A stretch of DNA of 64,000 nucleotides from Candidatus Moraniibacteriota bacterium (GCA_049303905.1 JBAQNP010000011.1:2020-66019); one strand, 5' to 3'. Counted from the first letter of the stretch, positions 1 to 9,519 are shown. Numbers and translations are program-made. The notes: a model not told the origin generated them from the sequence alone.

Positions 1-673
1 GCCTCGTCTGCACGCATAGCCATACCTCCATTATTTTCAAAATTAGAATTGATTATTTCTAAATAATCATTGGCACTGGAAGAATAAGCACTGATTGCAC
101 CATATGGATTATTTATGAATTCAGAATTTTCGATATGAACTTTACCCGAACTAAAATCGAAACCACTCATTCCTGTTCCTGCCAAGGCAGTATTCAAAAA
201 AGTATTCTTAAGCATCAATTGCGGGGCATATCCGCCATTTTCAAAAACGACATAGCGAAAAAATGATTCCTTATTATCCTGATTGCCTTGGAAACTCATC
301 CCGTATTCACCAGTTTCATAACTATTATCCCCTGATTTAGTAGTGAAAACTATTTTTTCCTCTTGAGTTCCTTTGGCAATAATGTTTCCATCCGAAACCG
401 AAAGGCTGGGCGAATAAGTATAAACATCGCCTTTTTCAAATTTTATCACTGCCCCTTTTTCAATAGTAAGTGTTGCGCCGTTAGTGACAACAACCCAATT
501 ATTTATAATATGCTCTCCTTTTTCCCAAACGGTATCTTCAGCTATTTCAATTCTATCCATCCCAAGAACTACCGGTAATCTGAGACTTGAAAAAGAAAAA
601 CTGAGTGGAGAAAAGATTAATAGAAAAACAATAAGGATACAAATCGTATTTCTAATTATTTTATTTTTTGACA
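1..673 (-). CDS. secreted protein (N-terminal part; ATG at 673, ORF runs off the window start so the C-terminus is missing)
   Basis: Read by hand; absent from the ORF track because there is no stop inside the window. MSKNKIIRNTICILIVFSINLFSTQ... is a signal-peptide-like N-terminus followed by a Gly/Asn/Thr-rich soluble region. Confidence 0.5.
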
Positions 674-981
674 TTTTTGTTTTTGATAATATTAATAATT
701 AACAAGATAAATAAGGCAAGATTTATGTATGGCCAATACCCAAGAGTAAATTTAACGAGCCATTTGAGATTGTATATATTAAAAATTCTAGAATCAATAT
801 TTGAATAAAAACTTAAATAACTAAGCATAGAAAAAATAAACAATACCAGTAATTTGTTTTTTGTTTTGTAATAAACAATCGATGAAATAGAAATAGAAAA
901 TAACAAAAGGAATATTATTATATTTATTGCTCTACTTGGACTTGACCAAAACATAATTTTTTCTCCCTCAACCTCCCGCAA
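661..981 (-). CDS. small multi-pass membrane protein, hypothetical
   Basis: 106-aa ORF with 3 hydrophobic segments; overlaps the next gene start by 13 nt. Confidence 0.4.
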   Translation of the reverse strand: MREVEGEKIMFWSSPSRAINIIIFLLLFSISISSIVYYKTKNKLLVLFIFSMLSYLSFYSNIDSRIFNIYNLKWLVKFTLGYWPYINLALFILLIINIIKNKNVKK

Positions 982-1175
982 AAAAATTATTTTTATAATT
1001 CCGGCTTGAAGCGAGTTTTTTTAATTTTTATTTTAATTTTTACATTTTTATTATATTACAACTTCTTTTTTCTCGCCACAACAAAAATTACCTTATCCTT
1101 TTTTGATTGATTTTTTTCAACCAATTCTCGATTAACTTCTCTGGCTGTATTTTTAGCGATCTTCGCCTCCCCTCT

Positions 1176-1204
1176 CCCAAAAAACCACCTTCGGGTGGTT
1201 TTTG
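1176..1204 (-). terminator. Rho-independent terminator (bidirectional hairpin AAAAACCACC-TTCG-GGTGGTTTTT) downstream of the 1290..1700 gene
   Basis: Perfect 7-bp GC stem, tetraloop, A/T runs on both sides. A further GC-rich imperfect hairpin lies at 1208-1262. Confidence 0.6.
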
Positions 1205-1289
1205 AAAAAGTGTTATTTGTCCGCCCGCTTCGCCATAGCTCCAGCGAGGCGAGCCGATGAGGCGGGTTACTGAACAAAAAAATTCACCT

Positions 1290-1700
1290 TTATTGAATTA
1301 TATTTTTATAGATAAAATAAGTTGCCACTGAAACCGATGACGACAAAACCATCCCCCAAATGATATCTATAATTACTATTTTCCAAGGCCAATCTCTTAA
1401 AACTGCCCAACTAGTTAAATCAAATGTCATGTAAGTAAAGAATCCAAATAAAGCCCCATATAAAAGTGCATATGACCAAGAGTTGTTTCTAATTGCCGGA
1501 GAAATGACAAAAATAATCAAACCAACAATAAAGAGCAGGTAAAAAATTACCGCTATTGACCAATTTGGAGTAGGTCGCATTAAATGACCCATATGTTTTT
1601 GATACACCTCCTTAGCAATCACGCCCAACCAGGTTAAATCAATTATGAAAAAGATAGGCACCGCAATGAAATATAGTTTTAGAAAATTAATAATTGTCAT
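1290..1700 (-). CDS. DUF2177-like integral membrane protein
   Basis: 136 aa, 4 predicted TM segments. Pattern WLGVIAKEVYQKHMGHLMRP...WKIVIIDIIWG is reminiscent of DUF2177. Confidence 0.45.
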   Translation of the reverse strand: MTIINFLKLYFIAVPIFFIIDLTWLGVIAKEVYQKHMGHLMRPTPNWSIAVIFYLLFIVGLIIFVISPAIRNNSWSYALLYGALFGFFTYMTFDLTSWAVLRDWPWKIVIIDIIWGMVLSSSVSVATYFIYKNIIQ

Positions 1701-1795
1701 AATTTTATTTTTTAATTAATTATTATTTAAAACATATACTTCTTGCATTATATCACGATTTTTTTATTTTTACTCTTTTAGATATTGAGGCATGA

Positions 1796-2785
1796 TTATT
1801 TTTTAACCGATAATAATGTCGTAACAAGCGCTGTCATTTGATTCTTTTTGTTTGGATTGCTTTCTGCAATTAAAAGTGTCAGAGCGGTAAGTGCACTCGG
1901 GTTGATGTTTTTTGCGCCTTGTATTTTTGTTTTTCGCAAAAACCACACAAAAGCAAAAGCGCCAGAACGTTTGTTTCCGTCGTCAAATGGATGATTCTTT
2001 ACCATAAAATACAAAAGATGGGCCGCCTTTTCTTCGGCAGTAGCGTATAAATTTTTGCCACCAAATGATTGCATCACATTTCCCACTATTCCTTCCACGC
2101 TTCCCACTCTTTTTTCTCGCGCAAAAAGATCAGAGGCTTCGCCTTTTTTCATAAGTTCAGCCCGAAGTTCGCCGATCGCTTCCGCCAACTCCCTGCCTGA
2201 CAACCGAACTGCTTTTTTAGTTGTGCCAATCGCGCTCAGAGCATCTTTGTCATAAGCATCCAAAGCTACCCAGGTACTGGCAAATTCTTTGATAAGTTCC
2301 AAAACTAGTTTCGGATCAAGTGTGACATGCTCTGGTAAAAGATTTTGAATACTGGCCACTGCGCCCATAAAAGCTTCATAATTTTTGGTGATTTGTTTTT
2401 TGTTGATTGTATAGCCTTTAACAATATGCTCACGAAGAGTTTTAGTCGCCCATTGGCGAAATTTGGTTGCATTTGTAGAGTTAACTCTATAGCCTATTGA
2501 TATTATTAAATCAAGATTATAGTATTCAATTTTTCTAGTAATCTTTCTTTTTCCTTCAAGTTGAACTGTTTCCATTTTGGAAACAGTTGACTTTTCATTT
2601 AATTCTCCTGTATTAAATATATTTTTAACATGTTTAGAAATTGCTGCTTTTTTTACATCAAATAACTGGCCAACTTGCTGTTGAGTAAGTAACATAGTTT
2701 CTCGCTTTTTATCTAAGCGAACTTCCACAGCGCCATCTTTGGCTTGATAGATAATTACCTCTTTTTGTTCTTTTTTGTTTTTCAT
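1796..2785 (-). CDS. Fic/Doc family protein with N-terminal RhuM-like domain
   Basis: C-terminal Fic motif HPFDDGNKRSGAFAFVWFL (HPFx[DE]GNxR). N-terminal IIYQAKDGAVEVRLDKKRETMLLTQQQVGQLFDV resembles RhuM virulence-protein family. Confidence 0.75.
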   Translation of the reverse strand: MKNKKEQKEVIIYQAKDGAVEVRLDKKRETMLLTQQQVGQLFDVKKAAISKHVKNIFNTGELNEKSTVSKMETVQLEGKRKITRKIEYYNLDLIISIGYRVNSTNATKFRQWATKTLREHIVKGYTINKKQITKNYEAFMGAVASIQNLLPEHVTLDPKLVLELIKEFASTWVALDAYDKDALSAIGTTKKAVRLSGRELAEAIGELRAELMKKGEASDLFAREKRVGSVEGIVGNVMQSFGGKNLYATAEEKAAHLLYFMVKNHPFDDGNKRSGAFAFVWFLRKTKIQGAKNINPSALTALTLLIAESNPNKKNQMTALVTTLLSVKK

Positions 2786-2798
2786 ATCTATAATTTTT

Positions 2799-3593
2799 TT
2801 ATTTTTTTGCTTTCAACTTTTTTATCCGAGTTTTTGCTCTAGATATTCCATCTGCTGATGATAGTTCTTCCGGCATCGTTCCACCCAATTCTTCAATTGT
2901 ACGCCGAACTTTTTGCCCGACATGAAAATGTGTCAAATTTGCGTTCATTTCGCCTTGAATTTTTTCTCTGCGTAATTTCGCATCGGCTTGAGTGGCGCGA
3001 AATAAGTTAGCTGCCAACTCTTCGCTCCCCATATGATCAAGTATTTTTTGAGATTTTTTTAAACCTTTCTTTTTGTGAATATCATTTGCATCCAGCCCTC
3101 CATACAATCCCTTGTATCCATAATTTTGAAATTTTCCATAATTACTAACTCCCGCATTTTCGGCGGCTTCAGCCAAAGATGTACTATGAGTTTTTATTTC
3201 ACTGCGCAAATGCAATCGCTTATTATCCTCTATCAACTGATCTGATTTTTCTTGTCTTCGAGTTTGAATCGCAAAATATGCCTGACCCAAAGCAACTACT
3301 TCTTTGGATGGATCGGAATTTTGGATAATTAGATAACACGCATAACGAGATAAATATATGGTATCAATCGCTCTTTTTGCACCTGAACCTATTTCGACCA
3401 TTTCGTCCACATGGGAAAAATGGTTGTGGATAACTTGACCACTATTTTTACATGCTTCTTTAGCTTTATTAATAACATTTAGGAATTTATCGTAGCTGGA
3501 ATAATCAAGCGCTTTTGCCAAATCGCGAGATGACCAAAATTCACTTTGGTATTCATTAATTTTTTTAATTTTTTCAAAAATATTGTTTTTCAT
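2799..3593 (-). CDS. dinD: DNA-damage-inducible protein D (DinD) family, paralog 1
   Basis: IGSGAKRAIDTIYLSRYACYLIIQNSDPSKEVVALGQAYFAIQTRRQE block is typical of DinD. Paralogous to 6018..6836. Confidence 0.7.
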   Translation of the reverse strand: MKNNIFEKIKKINEYQSEFWSSRDLAKALDYSSYDKFLNVINKAKEACKNSGQVIHNHFSHVDEMVEIGSGAKRAIDTIYLSRYACYLIIQNSDPSKEVVALGQAYFAIQTRRQEKSDQLIEDNKRLHLRSEIKTHSTSLAEAAENAGVSNYGKFQNYGYKGLYGGLDANDIHKKKGLKKSQKILDHMGSEELAANLFRATQADAKLRREKIQGEMNANLTHFHVGQKVRRTIEELGGTMPEELSSADGISRAKTRIKKLKAKK

Positions 3594-3608
3594 ATCACTT
3601 AGTTATGT

Positions 3609-3668
3609 TTATTATAGTGATATTATACCACTCTATATATTTTTGGCAACTCCTCTGCTGTGGATAAC
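3609..3668 (-). promoter_or_regulatory. conserved promoter cassette: DnaA box GTTATCCACA, -35 TTGCCA, 16-nt spacer, extended -10 TGGTATAAT (minus strand)
   Basis: Minus-strand read gTTATCCACAgcagaggagTTGCCAaaaatatatagagTGgTATAAT. The ~60-bp cassette is nearly identical at 10398-10448 and 47452-47505. Confidence 0.55.
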
Positions 3669-3703
3669 TTCTCATTTCCAAAAAAGTGCTCCTGAACAAA
3701 AAA

Positions 3704-4459
3704 TTATTTTTCCACTTCCTTTACTGCCTGAATATAGGTGCAGTAGTCACATTCTTTTGAATATTTTGGAATTTTCGAACTCATCAGGCATTTCTTGGCG
3801 TCAATTAGAGCGCCTTCCACCCAACTGTCGTCCCCCACATAGGGAATGACTTTAACATTAAACTCCAATTTTCCATCAAAAGCCTCCTTGTCCTTGTCGC
3901 CGTTGCAATAAACAAAATATCCGGTGGTGGAAACTTTGAAGCCATTTTTGCGAAAAAGCCATTGATACATTTCCATTTGTCTTTTATAACCAATTTGCCA
4001 ATCGGCGTCCAAGCTCACTTCTCCATTTTTGGAAGTCGCCTTATAATCCACAATCAAAAGTTCGCCTTTCGGATTCACCCAAACATCATCTACTCCACCC
4101 GTGAATAATAGATTAGTTTTTGGATGCAGATATTGAATTCCTCTTCTCAAGGAATCTCGCCACTGATCCATTCGTTCGTCTTGAAACGGCACAGCGTCAA
4201 TTCCATATTCTTTCATCAAAGGATGAGTAGTTTCATTTGCCCTATGCACATCAAATTCTTTTTTTAGTAGTGCATCCACCGCTGAATTTAGATTAAACGG
4301 AAACCCCGGTGGCTGCCCAACTCCCAAACGACGATCCAAATAGAAACATCGAGGACAATTCAAAAACAGATCCAACTTAGACCGACTAATCCGAAAAGGC
4401 TCTTTTGATTTGGGATCAAAGAGATTTCTAATTCTTTTTGCTTTATAATATTCAGACAT
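3704..4459 (-). CDS. PD-(D/E)XK nuclease superfamily protein with four Cys (Cas4/RecB-nuclease-like, DUF83-like)
   Basis: GGVDDVW ... ELLIVDYKATSK gives D ... (D/E)xK. N-terminal CPRC and C-terminal CDYC cysteine pairs. Confidence 0.6.
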   Translation of the reverse strand: MSEYYKAKRIRNLFDPKSKEPFRISRSKLDLFLNCPRCFYLDRRLGVGQPPGFPFNLNSAVDALLKKEFDVHRANETTHPLMKEYGIDAVPFQDERMDQWRDSLRRGIQYLHPKTNLLFTGGVDDVWVNPKGELLIVDYKATSKNGEVSLDADWQIGYKRQMEMYQWLFRKNGFKVSTTGYFVYCNGDKDKEAFDGKLEFNVKVIPYVGDDSWVEGALIDAKKCLMSSKIPKYSKECDYCTYIQAVKEVEK

Positions 4460-4670
4460 AATTATTTTTTGAAAAAAGTGTTACTTAACATGTTACTGAA
4501 CAAAAATTTATTTTTGAAATATAAAAAGATGCTCATGCATAATTAGAAGAAAATTACTTTTTTTAGATTGTGTTATTTTTTATTCTAGCATTATCTTAAG
4601 AAAATAAAAACTAGCTAATCAAAGCTAGTTTATAATTAAACATTTAAAATATGCTTGCATGCCTTTAAAA

Positions 4671-5069
4671 TCAACTTTTTGAAATAATAGTGATTTTAAA
4701 ATCTGCCGGCTCTTCGATAGTGCCCGTCAAAAAAGACACTACTTGATCTGGTGTTGTTTGGGATTGAAGTAAATTTATCATCATAAAACTAGGTGGCAAT
4801 AAATCACAAGAATACAAAACTTTTGTATCTTCAAGATATTTTTCAATTTCAGGATAAGTAGTTGATTGATTATAACCATTGGAAGTAATGTATATAACGA
4901 AAAATTCATCTTGACTGATTTCTTGCGAAGTTTTAGATTGAACATTTGCCGATGATGAATCACAAACATAAAATTGCCCACCATCATTAAAACTTCCAGT
5001 ATGCACTTCTAGAACAACCCCGTCAACATCCCTAAGGGTTGATTCATTATTTTTTTCTAAATCTATCAT
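4671..5069 (-). CDS. hypothetical protein
   Basis: 132-aa ORF, no recognisable motif. Confidence 0.4.
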   Translation of the reverse strand: MIDLEKNNESTLRDVDGVVLEVHTGSFNDGGQFYVCDSSSANVQSKTSQEISQDEFFVIYITSNGYNQSTTYPEIEKYLEDTKVLYSCDLLPPSFMMINLLQSQTTPDQVVSFLTGTIEEPADFKITIISKS

Positions 5070-5203
5070 ATTATTTTTTTCACTCTCCTACTCCAGGTTT
5101 CCCATTGGGTTTGGCAGAATGAATTATTAATTTATTAAATATTTTGCTTTCTATTATAACGCTATCAAAAAAAATCAGTCAATTTTCGTAATTTAAAAAT
5201 AAA

Positions 5204-5950
5204 CTATTTTAATTTTGCTATTTCTTTGAGCCTACCAACAACATCACTATTGTAAATTGGCTCATATTTACTAACGATCTCATTAAACAATATGGTTGTT
5301 GGTATTGAGTTTATGGTTAGATTAACCCCAATATTAATATTTTTCGGTATTGGGTCTAAAAAAGAACTCCTTTGCTTATCGCTAATATTTCCGATAGTTA
5401 TTGAACTACTCGTACTAGATTGAGGTTCTGACGAAAAGTTATTTATTTTTTGAATAAAAGGAGATAATTGTTGATTAACTTGTTCTTTAGCTTGATTTTT
5501 AATATCATCATGAATTCTTGAATCGAAATTAATATCTGAAACCATTTTAATTATTGAATCTAAATATTCGCCCGTAGAATATAAGTCACTTATTTTATCT
5601 AAATTTTCAAATGGCATTTCTTCTATAAAATAATGCATATTATTAGCCCAACTATTTGTAGCGATTATTTTTTTAGTAAATTTAAAATGACCATGTTCTT
5701 TGTAATCAGAAATAATTTTTTCTGCTCTCTTAATTTCTTGTAAAATCGTCTTCGCAGCATCTTTTTTGTTATCGATTTTTTGAACTATATAAAGAACAAT
5801 TGCAACTATACCAACTATTAAAGTAACAAGCCAACTCAAAAAAACAGAGTTGGCAAATTTTTCATATTTTTGATAGATGAAATATAATAAACTAATAGCT
5901 ATGCCTAAAACTAACACTACCGTTGAAATTAAATTCTTATTTTTAAACAT
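5204..5950 (-). CDS. membrane-anchored hypothetical protein (2 N-terminal TM helices)
   Basis: 248-aa ORF; N-terminal LISTVVLVLGIAISLLYFIY and LVTLIVGIVAIVLYIV hydrophobic helices. Confidence 0.45.
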   Translation of the reverse strand: MFKNKNLISTVVLVLGIAISLLYFIYQKYEKFANSVFLSWLVTLIVGIVAIVLYIVQKIDNKKDAAKTILQEIKRAEKIISDYKEHGHFKFTKKIIATNSWANNMHYFIEEMPFENLDKISDLYSTGEYLDSIIKMVSDINFDSRIHDDIKNQAKEQVNQQLSPFIQKINNFSSEPQSSTSSSITIGNISDKQRSSFLDPIPKNINIGVNLTINSIPTTILFNEIVSKYEPIYNSDVVGRLKEIAKLK

Positions 5951-6017
5951 AATTTTATTTCCACCCCCTACTTAATCATCCTCCACACAATTTGTTACCG
6001 TGAAGGATACTGAAAAT

Positions 6018-6836
6018 TTATTTTTTACTTTTTTTCAACAATTTTTTCTTTTCTTTTTTCAATTCTTTGATATGTTTTTCAGTCGGTAATTCCTCTGGCA
6101 GAGTTCCGCCAATATCTTTGATAGTTTGTCGAACTTTTCCACCAATCATAAAGTGCGTTTGTGATGCATCACGATCACCTCGAATATTATCTTTTTTGAT
6201 TTTCTCGTCAGTTTGCGTAATTCGAAAAAGATTTGCCGCTAATTCAGTTGTTCCTGCCCTATCCAACAATTCACCTTTCTTGATACTTTTTCTATTTTCT
6301 ATTTCAGCCAACGACATTCCATACAATCCTTTATATCCTGCATCATTGAATGATCCAAATTTTGTAACTCCCGCTTTTTTTGCAGTTTTGAAAAGTTTTT
6401 TATTGTGATCTGAAACTTCACCTCGAATAAACAATCTTTTATCCACCCCTGAAAGTCCTTGGAATATTTCTTGTTTTCTGGTTTGAATCGCAAAGTAGGT
6501 TTGAGCCATAGCAATCTCCTGTTTTTTAGGATCACCATTTTGTGCAACCAAATAACAAGCATACCTATCCAATTTCCAGTCCCTCACTTCTCTTACTGTA
6601 TTTGAACCAATTTCGACCATTTTACTAAGTGCGGTAAAATGGTTATCCACAGCCTGACCGCTATTGATACATGCTTTAGCCGCCCTAGCTATAACCTCCT
6701 CGGCATTCTGCCATTTTTCATATCCCAAAACCAACATCAATTCGCGTGCTTCCCAATATTCAACACCACTCCTATCAACTTTTTTAATGTTTTCAAAATT
6801 TTTATTCAACGAATTTATGATTAACTCTTTTGTCAT
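6018..6836 (-). CDS. dinD: DinD family protein, paralog 2
   Basis: IGSNTVREVRDWKLDRYACYLVAQNGDPKKQEIAMAQTYFAIQTRKQE is the same conserved core as 2799..3593. Confidence 0.7.
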   Translation of the reverse strand: MTKELIINSLNKNFENIKKVDRSGVEYWEARELMLVLGYEKWQNAEEVIARAAKACINSGQAVDNHFTALSKMVEIGSNTVREVRDWKLDRYACYLVAQNGDPKKQEIAMAQTYFAIQTRKQEIFQGLSGVDKRLFIRGEVSDHNKKLFKTAKKAGVTKFGSFNDAGYKGLYGMSLAEIENRKSIKKGELLDRAGTTELAANLFRITQTDEKIKKDNIRGDRDASQTHFMIGGKVRQTIKDIGGTLPEELPTEKHIKELKKEKKKLLKKSKK

Positions 6837-6853
6837 ATTGACTTATTTTATTT

Positions 6854-7879
6854 TTATTTCCACCCCTGCCCAATTGCTCTCCAAATAATTTGTTCTTGAG
6901 GAACATTAATCATACCTTGCGGAGTTTGTTGTTGAACATTTTGTTGAACTTTTTTAAATTCCATATTAATTTCAAAAAAATTGGAAATTTCAGCACTTTC
7001 TACAAAAGCAATTTTATAACCTTTGCGATTCATTGCTTGATTTTCTCCCAATTCCAATTCGGGATTCCAAACTTGGCGAGTTTTCATTTCTTCAGCATAA
7101 TCTTCATAAATTTCTGTCATAAGATTTGCAAGTTCTGTGTCTGCGTTAACTACAGTTTTTATCCCCAAATCTTCCCTGGCTTCTTTTCTACCAATAAAAT
7201 ATTGATGGGAATATAATTTTTCTGTTAGAAATTCAATTATTTTTTCAATTTCTTCATCTTTCATTTTTTCTTTATGACTCTTGAGTAATCTTTTGGCAAG
7301 AATTTTTATCAACTCATGTGTTCGATTTACATTTCCCAAAGCCAATGGATGAATTGAGGGAGTAGCTTCTACAAATTTATTGAAAATTTTAACTAATTCC
7401 TCATCACCTTTTATTCCAAATTTATTTTTTGCCAAATCAAAGTAACTCATCACTTCTTCCACAGAAATCGGAATGCGATTTTGTGGATTTTTTGGATCAA
7501 TAGGATTGAAAACATTGGCGGTTGATGGATCAATCGGCGAAAGTTCACTCATATCACTCATCACAATTTCATCAGCTCCAAGTGCAATCATTGTCGCCGC
7601 ACTATGTGCTTTGTAAGGAATAATAACAGAAAACTTTTCGCAATATTCACGAATCATAGAAACTAAACGCCACGGAGTCATTGTGTCTCCACCAGCACTA
7701 TATAATATTAAATCTATTTTTTCTTGTTTTCCAATGCGTCGCAATTGTGAACTGATAATTGGAATAATATCCATTGCTACTCGAGCATTCACTGGTCCTT
7801 GTCGATCACTAGTTGCATAAGTTATAACCTTTGAACCTCTCTTGGTTTCAATTTTTTTGATCAAATCTTTCGTATTCAT
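6854..7879 (-). CDS. ClpP/crotonase-fold serine protease (SDH / S49-like family)
   Basis: LILYSAGGDTMTPWRLVSMIREY...AHSAATMIALGADEIVMSDMSELSPIDPS has SppA/SDH-proteinase-like nucleophile-serine context. 17 nt upstream of dinD paralog 2, same strand. Confidence 0.55.
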   Translation of the reverse strand: MNTKDLIKKIETKRGSKVITYATSDRQGPVNARVAMDIIPIISSQLRRIGKQEKIDLILYSAGGDTMTPWRLVSMIREYCEKFSVIIPYKAHSAATMIALGADEIVMSDMSELSPIDPSTANVFNPIDPKNPQNRIPISVEEVMSYFDLAKNKFGIKGDEELVKIFNKFVEATPSIHPLALGNVNRTHELIKILAKRLLKSHKEKMKDEEIEKIIEFLTEKLYSHQYFIGRKEAREDLGIKTVVNADTELANLMTEIYEDYAEEMKTRQVWNPELELGENQAMNRKGYKIAFVESAEISNFFEINMEFKKVQQNVQQQTPQGMINVPQEQIIWRAIGQGWK

Positions 7880-8012
7880 AAAATTATTAAAGTTTTATTT
7901 AAAATTAAAAAATTACTCTAGTGATAGTATAACATTCTCATAAAAAATGTCAATTTTTTCATTGGCCATTTTAAAAAGGTTTATTTTACCCCATATTTTT
8001 AGAGACTTTTAT

Positions 8013-8507
8013 TTAAATTAAGATAATACTTTTTTCATCTTTCAATTCAGCTCCTATGACATTATCAAATAGTGATTCTTTAAGCCATTTATTTTTCTGT
8101 GTAAAATTATCGAAAGCTTCTTTAACATCATTCCCTTTTCCCCACCCTAATATTTGGCAATTCTCAACTTCTGGAAAATTATCCTCGGATCCTGGATAAA
8201 AAGTATAACCCTCGGTGGTATAGAAAATAAAATTTTTTATAGCTTTTATGTTGGTGATTTTTTCCAAAAATCCCTTCGACATTAATTTCAAAGTTTCTTC
8301 ATCTAAATTTTGTAAATTTTCCCACAATTCAAAAGTTTGATATTTTTCATCTTCTTCAATATTTTCCCACTCATCAGCCTCGATTTCTACAAAATCATCA
8401 TCTTCATCAGAATATTCTTTGCACATCACCAAAAATGGAAAATAGAAATCAGGATTTTCATCCAAGTATTTTAATATTTTTATCGCCAACTCTCTTGAAA
8501 TTTTCAT
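8013..8507 (-). CDS. acidic hypothetical protein, possible DpnD-like partner of the DpnI-like gene
   Basis: 164 aa, Asp/Glu-rich. Lies immediately downstream of the DpnI homolog, as dpnD does in the pneumococcal DpnI cassette (positional inference only). Confidence 0.4.
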   Translation of the reverse strand: MKISRELAIKILKYLDENPDFYFPFLVMCKEYSDEDDDFVEIEADEWENIEEDEKYQTFELWENLQNLDEETLKLMSKGFLEKITNIKAIKNFIFYTTEGYTFYPGSEDNFPEVENCQILGWGKGNDVKEAFDNFTQKNKWLKESLFDNVIGAELKDEKSIILI

Positions 8508-8571
8508 AAAATTGAACAGAAATTAATTTTTATTTCTGATCAATTTTTGATCGAATTTGAATTATTGTCAA

Positions 8572-9336
8572 CTAGCTCAATTTATATTTTCCTGGCTCAA
8601 TAAATTTTAAATATCCCTTGTCTCGCAAAAATTGCAATTGTTGACGAATTTTTGGCTTAATATTGTTATTTTCTGGATGAATAATAGCTAAATTTTTTTC
8701 AAAAGCATAGATATCTTGCAGAGAAAATTCTTTTTTACCCAAAGATTCAATACAATTCATAATATCCAAAATCCAACCTTTCAAATCTGTCCTTTTTATT
8801 TTTTTCAAAAAAGCAGTTTTTTGCCATTTTTTCAAAACTTCTTTTTTGGAAATTTCAGTTCCATTTTCTACATAAAAAATCTTGCCTGAATTGGGAATTT
8901 TATAAAATAAGATATTTGAACCAATCCAACCAGCTCTGCGTGCATTTTCTGACAAAGCTTTTCTTTTTTCAATAATTTCAGGAACAAAAAAATATTTTGG
9001 AACAATAAAAAAATCATTAACGGAAAATGTGGCTAAATATCCCATAAAAAAGAAATGTGGATTTTGTGGCGATTCTATTCTTTTTATTATCTGCGAATAT
9101 GCACCCGCTGAAACCTTTTTGCCAATTTTTCCTTTTTTGGATTTTAATTCAAAATCTTCTGAACATTTTTCACAATAAAAATCCGCTACAGGCTTATTGT
9201 TAGTATAATTTTCAATTTTATCTCCGCAGTTCGGACAATAAATTTCACTCCCAACCCACGCTTCAGTCAAAACTCTTATTTTTTGAGAATTACTATTATA
9301 TTTTTCCGCTAATTTTAAATCAAAAAATGTGTTCAT
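8572..9336 (-). CDS. dpnC: DpnI-like methyl-directed (Gm6ATC) type IIM restriction endonuclease
   Basis: 254 aa, the same length as DpnI. Blocks YNSNSQKIRVLTEAWV, YCPNCG, NKPVADFYCEKCSEDFELKSKKG, RRAGWIGSNI and IRQQLQFLRDKGYLKF match my recollection of S. pneumoniae DpnI almost residue-for-residue. Confidence 0.8.
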   Translation of the reverse strand: MNTFFDLKLAEKYNSNSQKIRVLTEAWVGSEIYCPNCGDKIENYTNNKPVADFYCEKCSEDFELKSKKGKIGKKVSAGAYSQIIKRIESPQNPHFFFMGYLATFSVNDFFIVPKYFFVPEIIEKRKALSENARRAGWIGSNILFYKIPNSGKIFYVENGTEISKKEVLKKWQKTAFLKKIKRTDLKGWILDIMNCIESLGKKEFSLQDIYAFEKNLAIIHPENNNIKPKIRQQLQFLRDKGYLKFIEPGKYKLS

Positions 9337-9413
9337 ATTTTCACCTATTTTAAGCCATTTTATACAGCCACTTGACTTTTACTTATTTATGGCTTAAAAT
9401 AAAAGATAAGAAA

Positions 9414-9519
9414 TCGGTATATGTGCGGATAGCCATGGCCGGTTTTTTTGTTGTATTTTTTCGAAAAAAGTGTACTATTATATATAAGGAGTCGGTATAT
9501 GTGCGGATAGCCATGGCCG
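9414..9519. repeat. two copies of a 28-nt direct repeat TCGGTATATGTGCGGATAGCCATGGCCG (9414-9441, 9492-9519), each followed by a T-run, with palindromic core GCCATGGC
   Basis: Exact 28/28 identity. Located between the DUF3800 stop and the DpnI-like start. A plus-strand TTGACT-N17-TAAAAT lies just upstream (9368-9400). Confidence 0.6.

Noticed and set aside
1056-1277. 73-aa minus-strand ORF
   Set aside because: Lies entirely within the terminator hairpin and GC-rich stem-loop region downstream of the 1290..1700 gene. The composition-driven reading frame has an Arg/Gly-rich translation typical of GC hairpins.
2055-6408. Antisense ORFs inside Fic, DinD and nuclease genes (2055..2255+, 3805..3993-, 6067..6408+, 6299..6562-)
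   Set aside because: They are embedded in longer ORFs with clear family motifs. No independent signals.
9414-9519. Possible mini-CRISPR array
   Set aside because: Only two repeat units, a 50-nt AT-rich spacer with its own palindrome, no cas genes anywhere in the window, and T-runs after each unit. More consistent with operator or terminator-like boxes.
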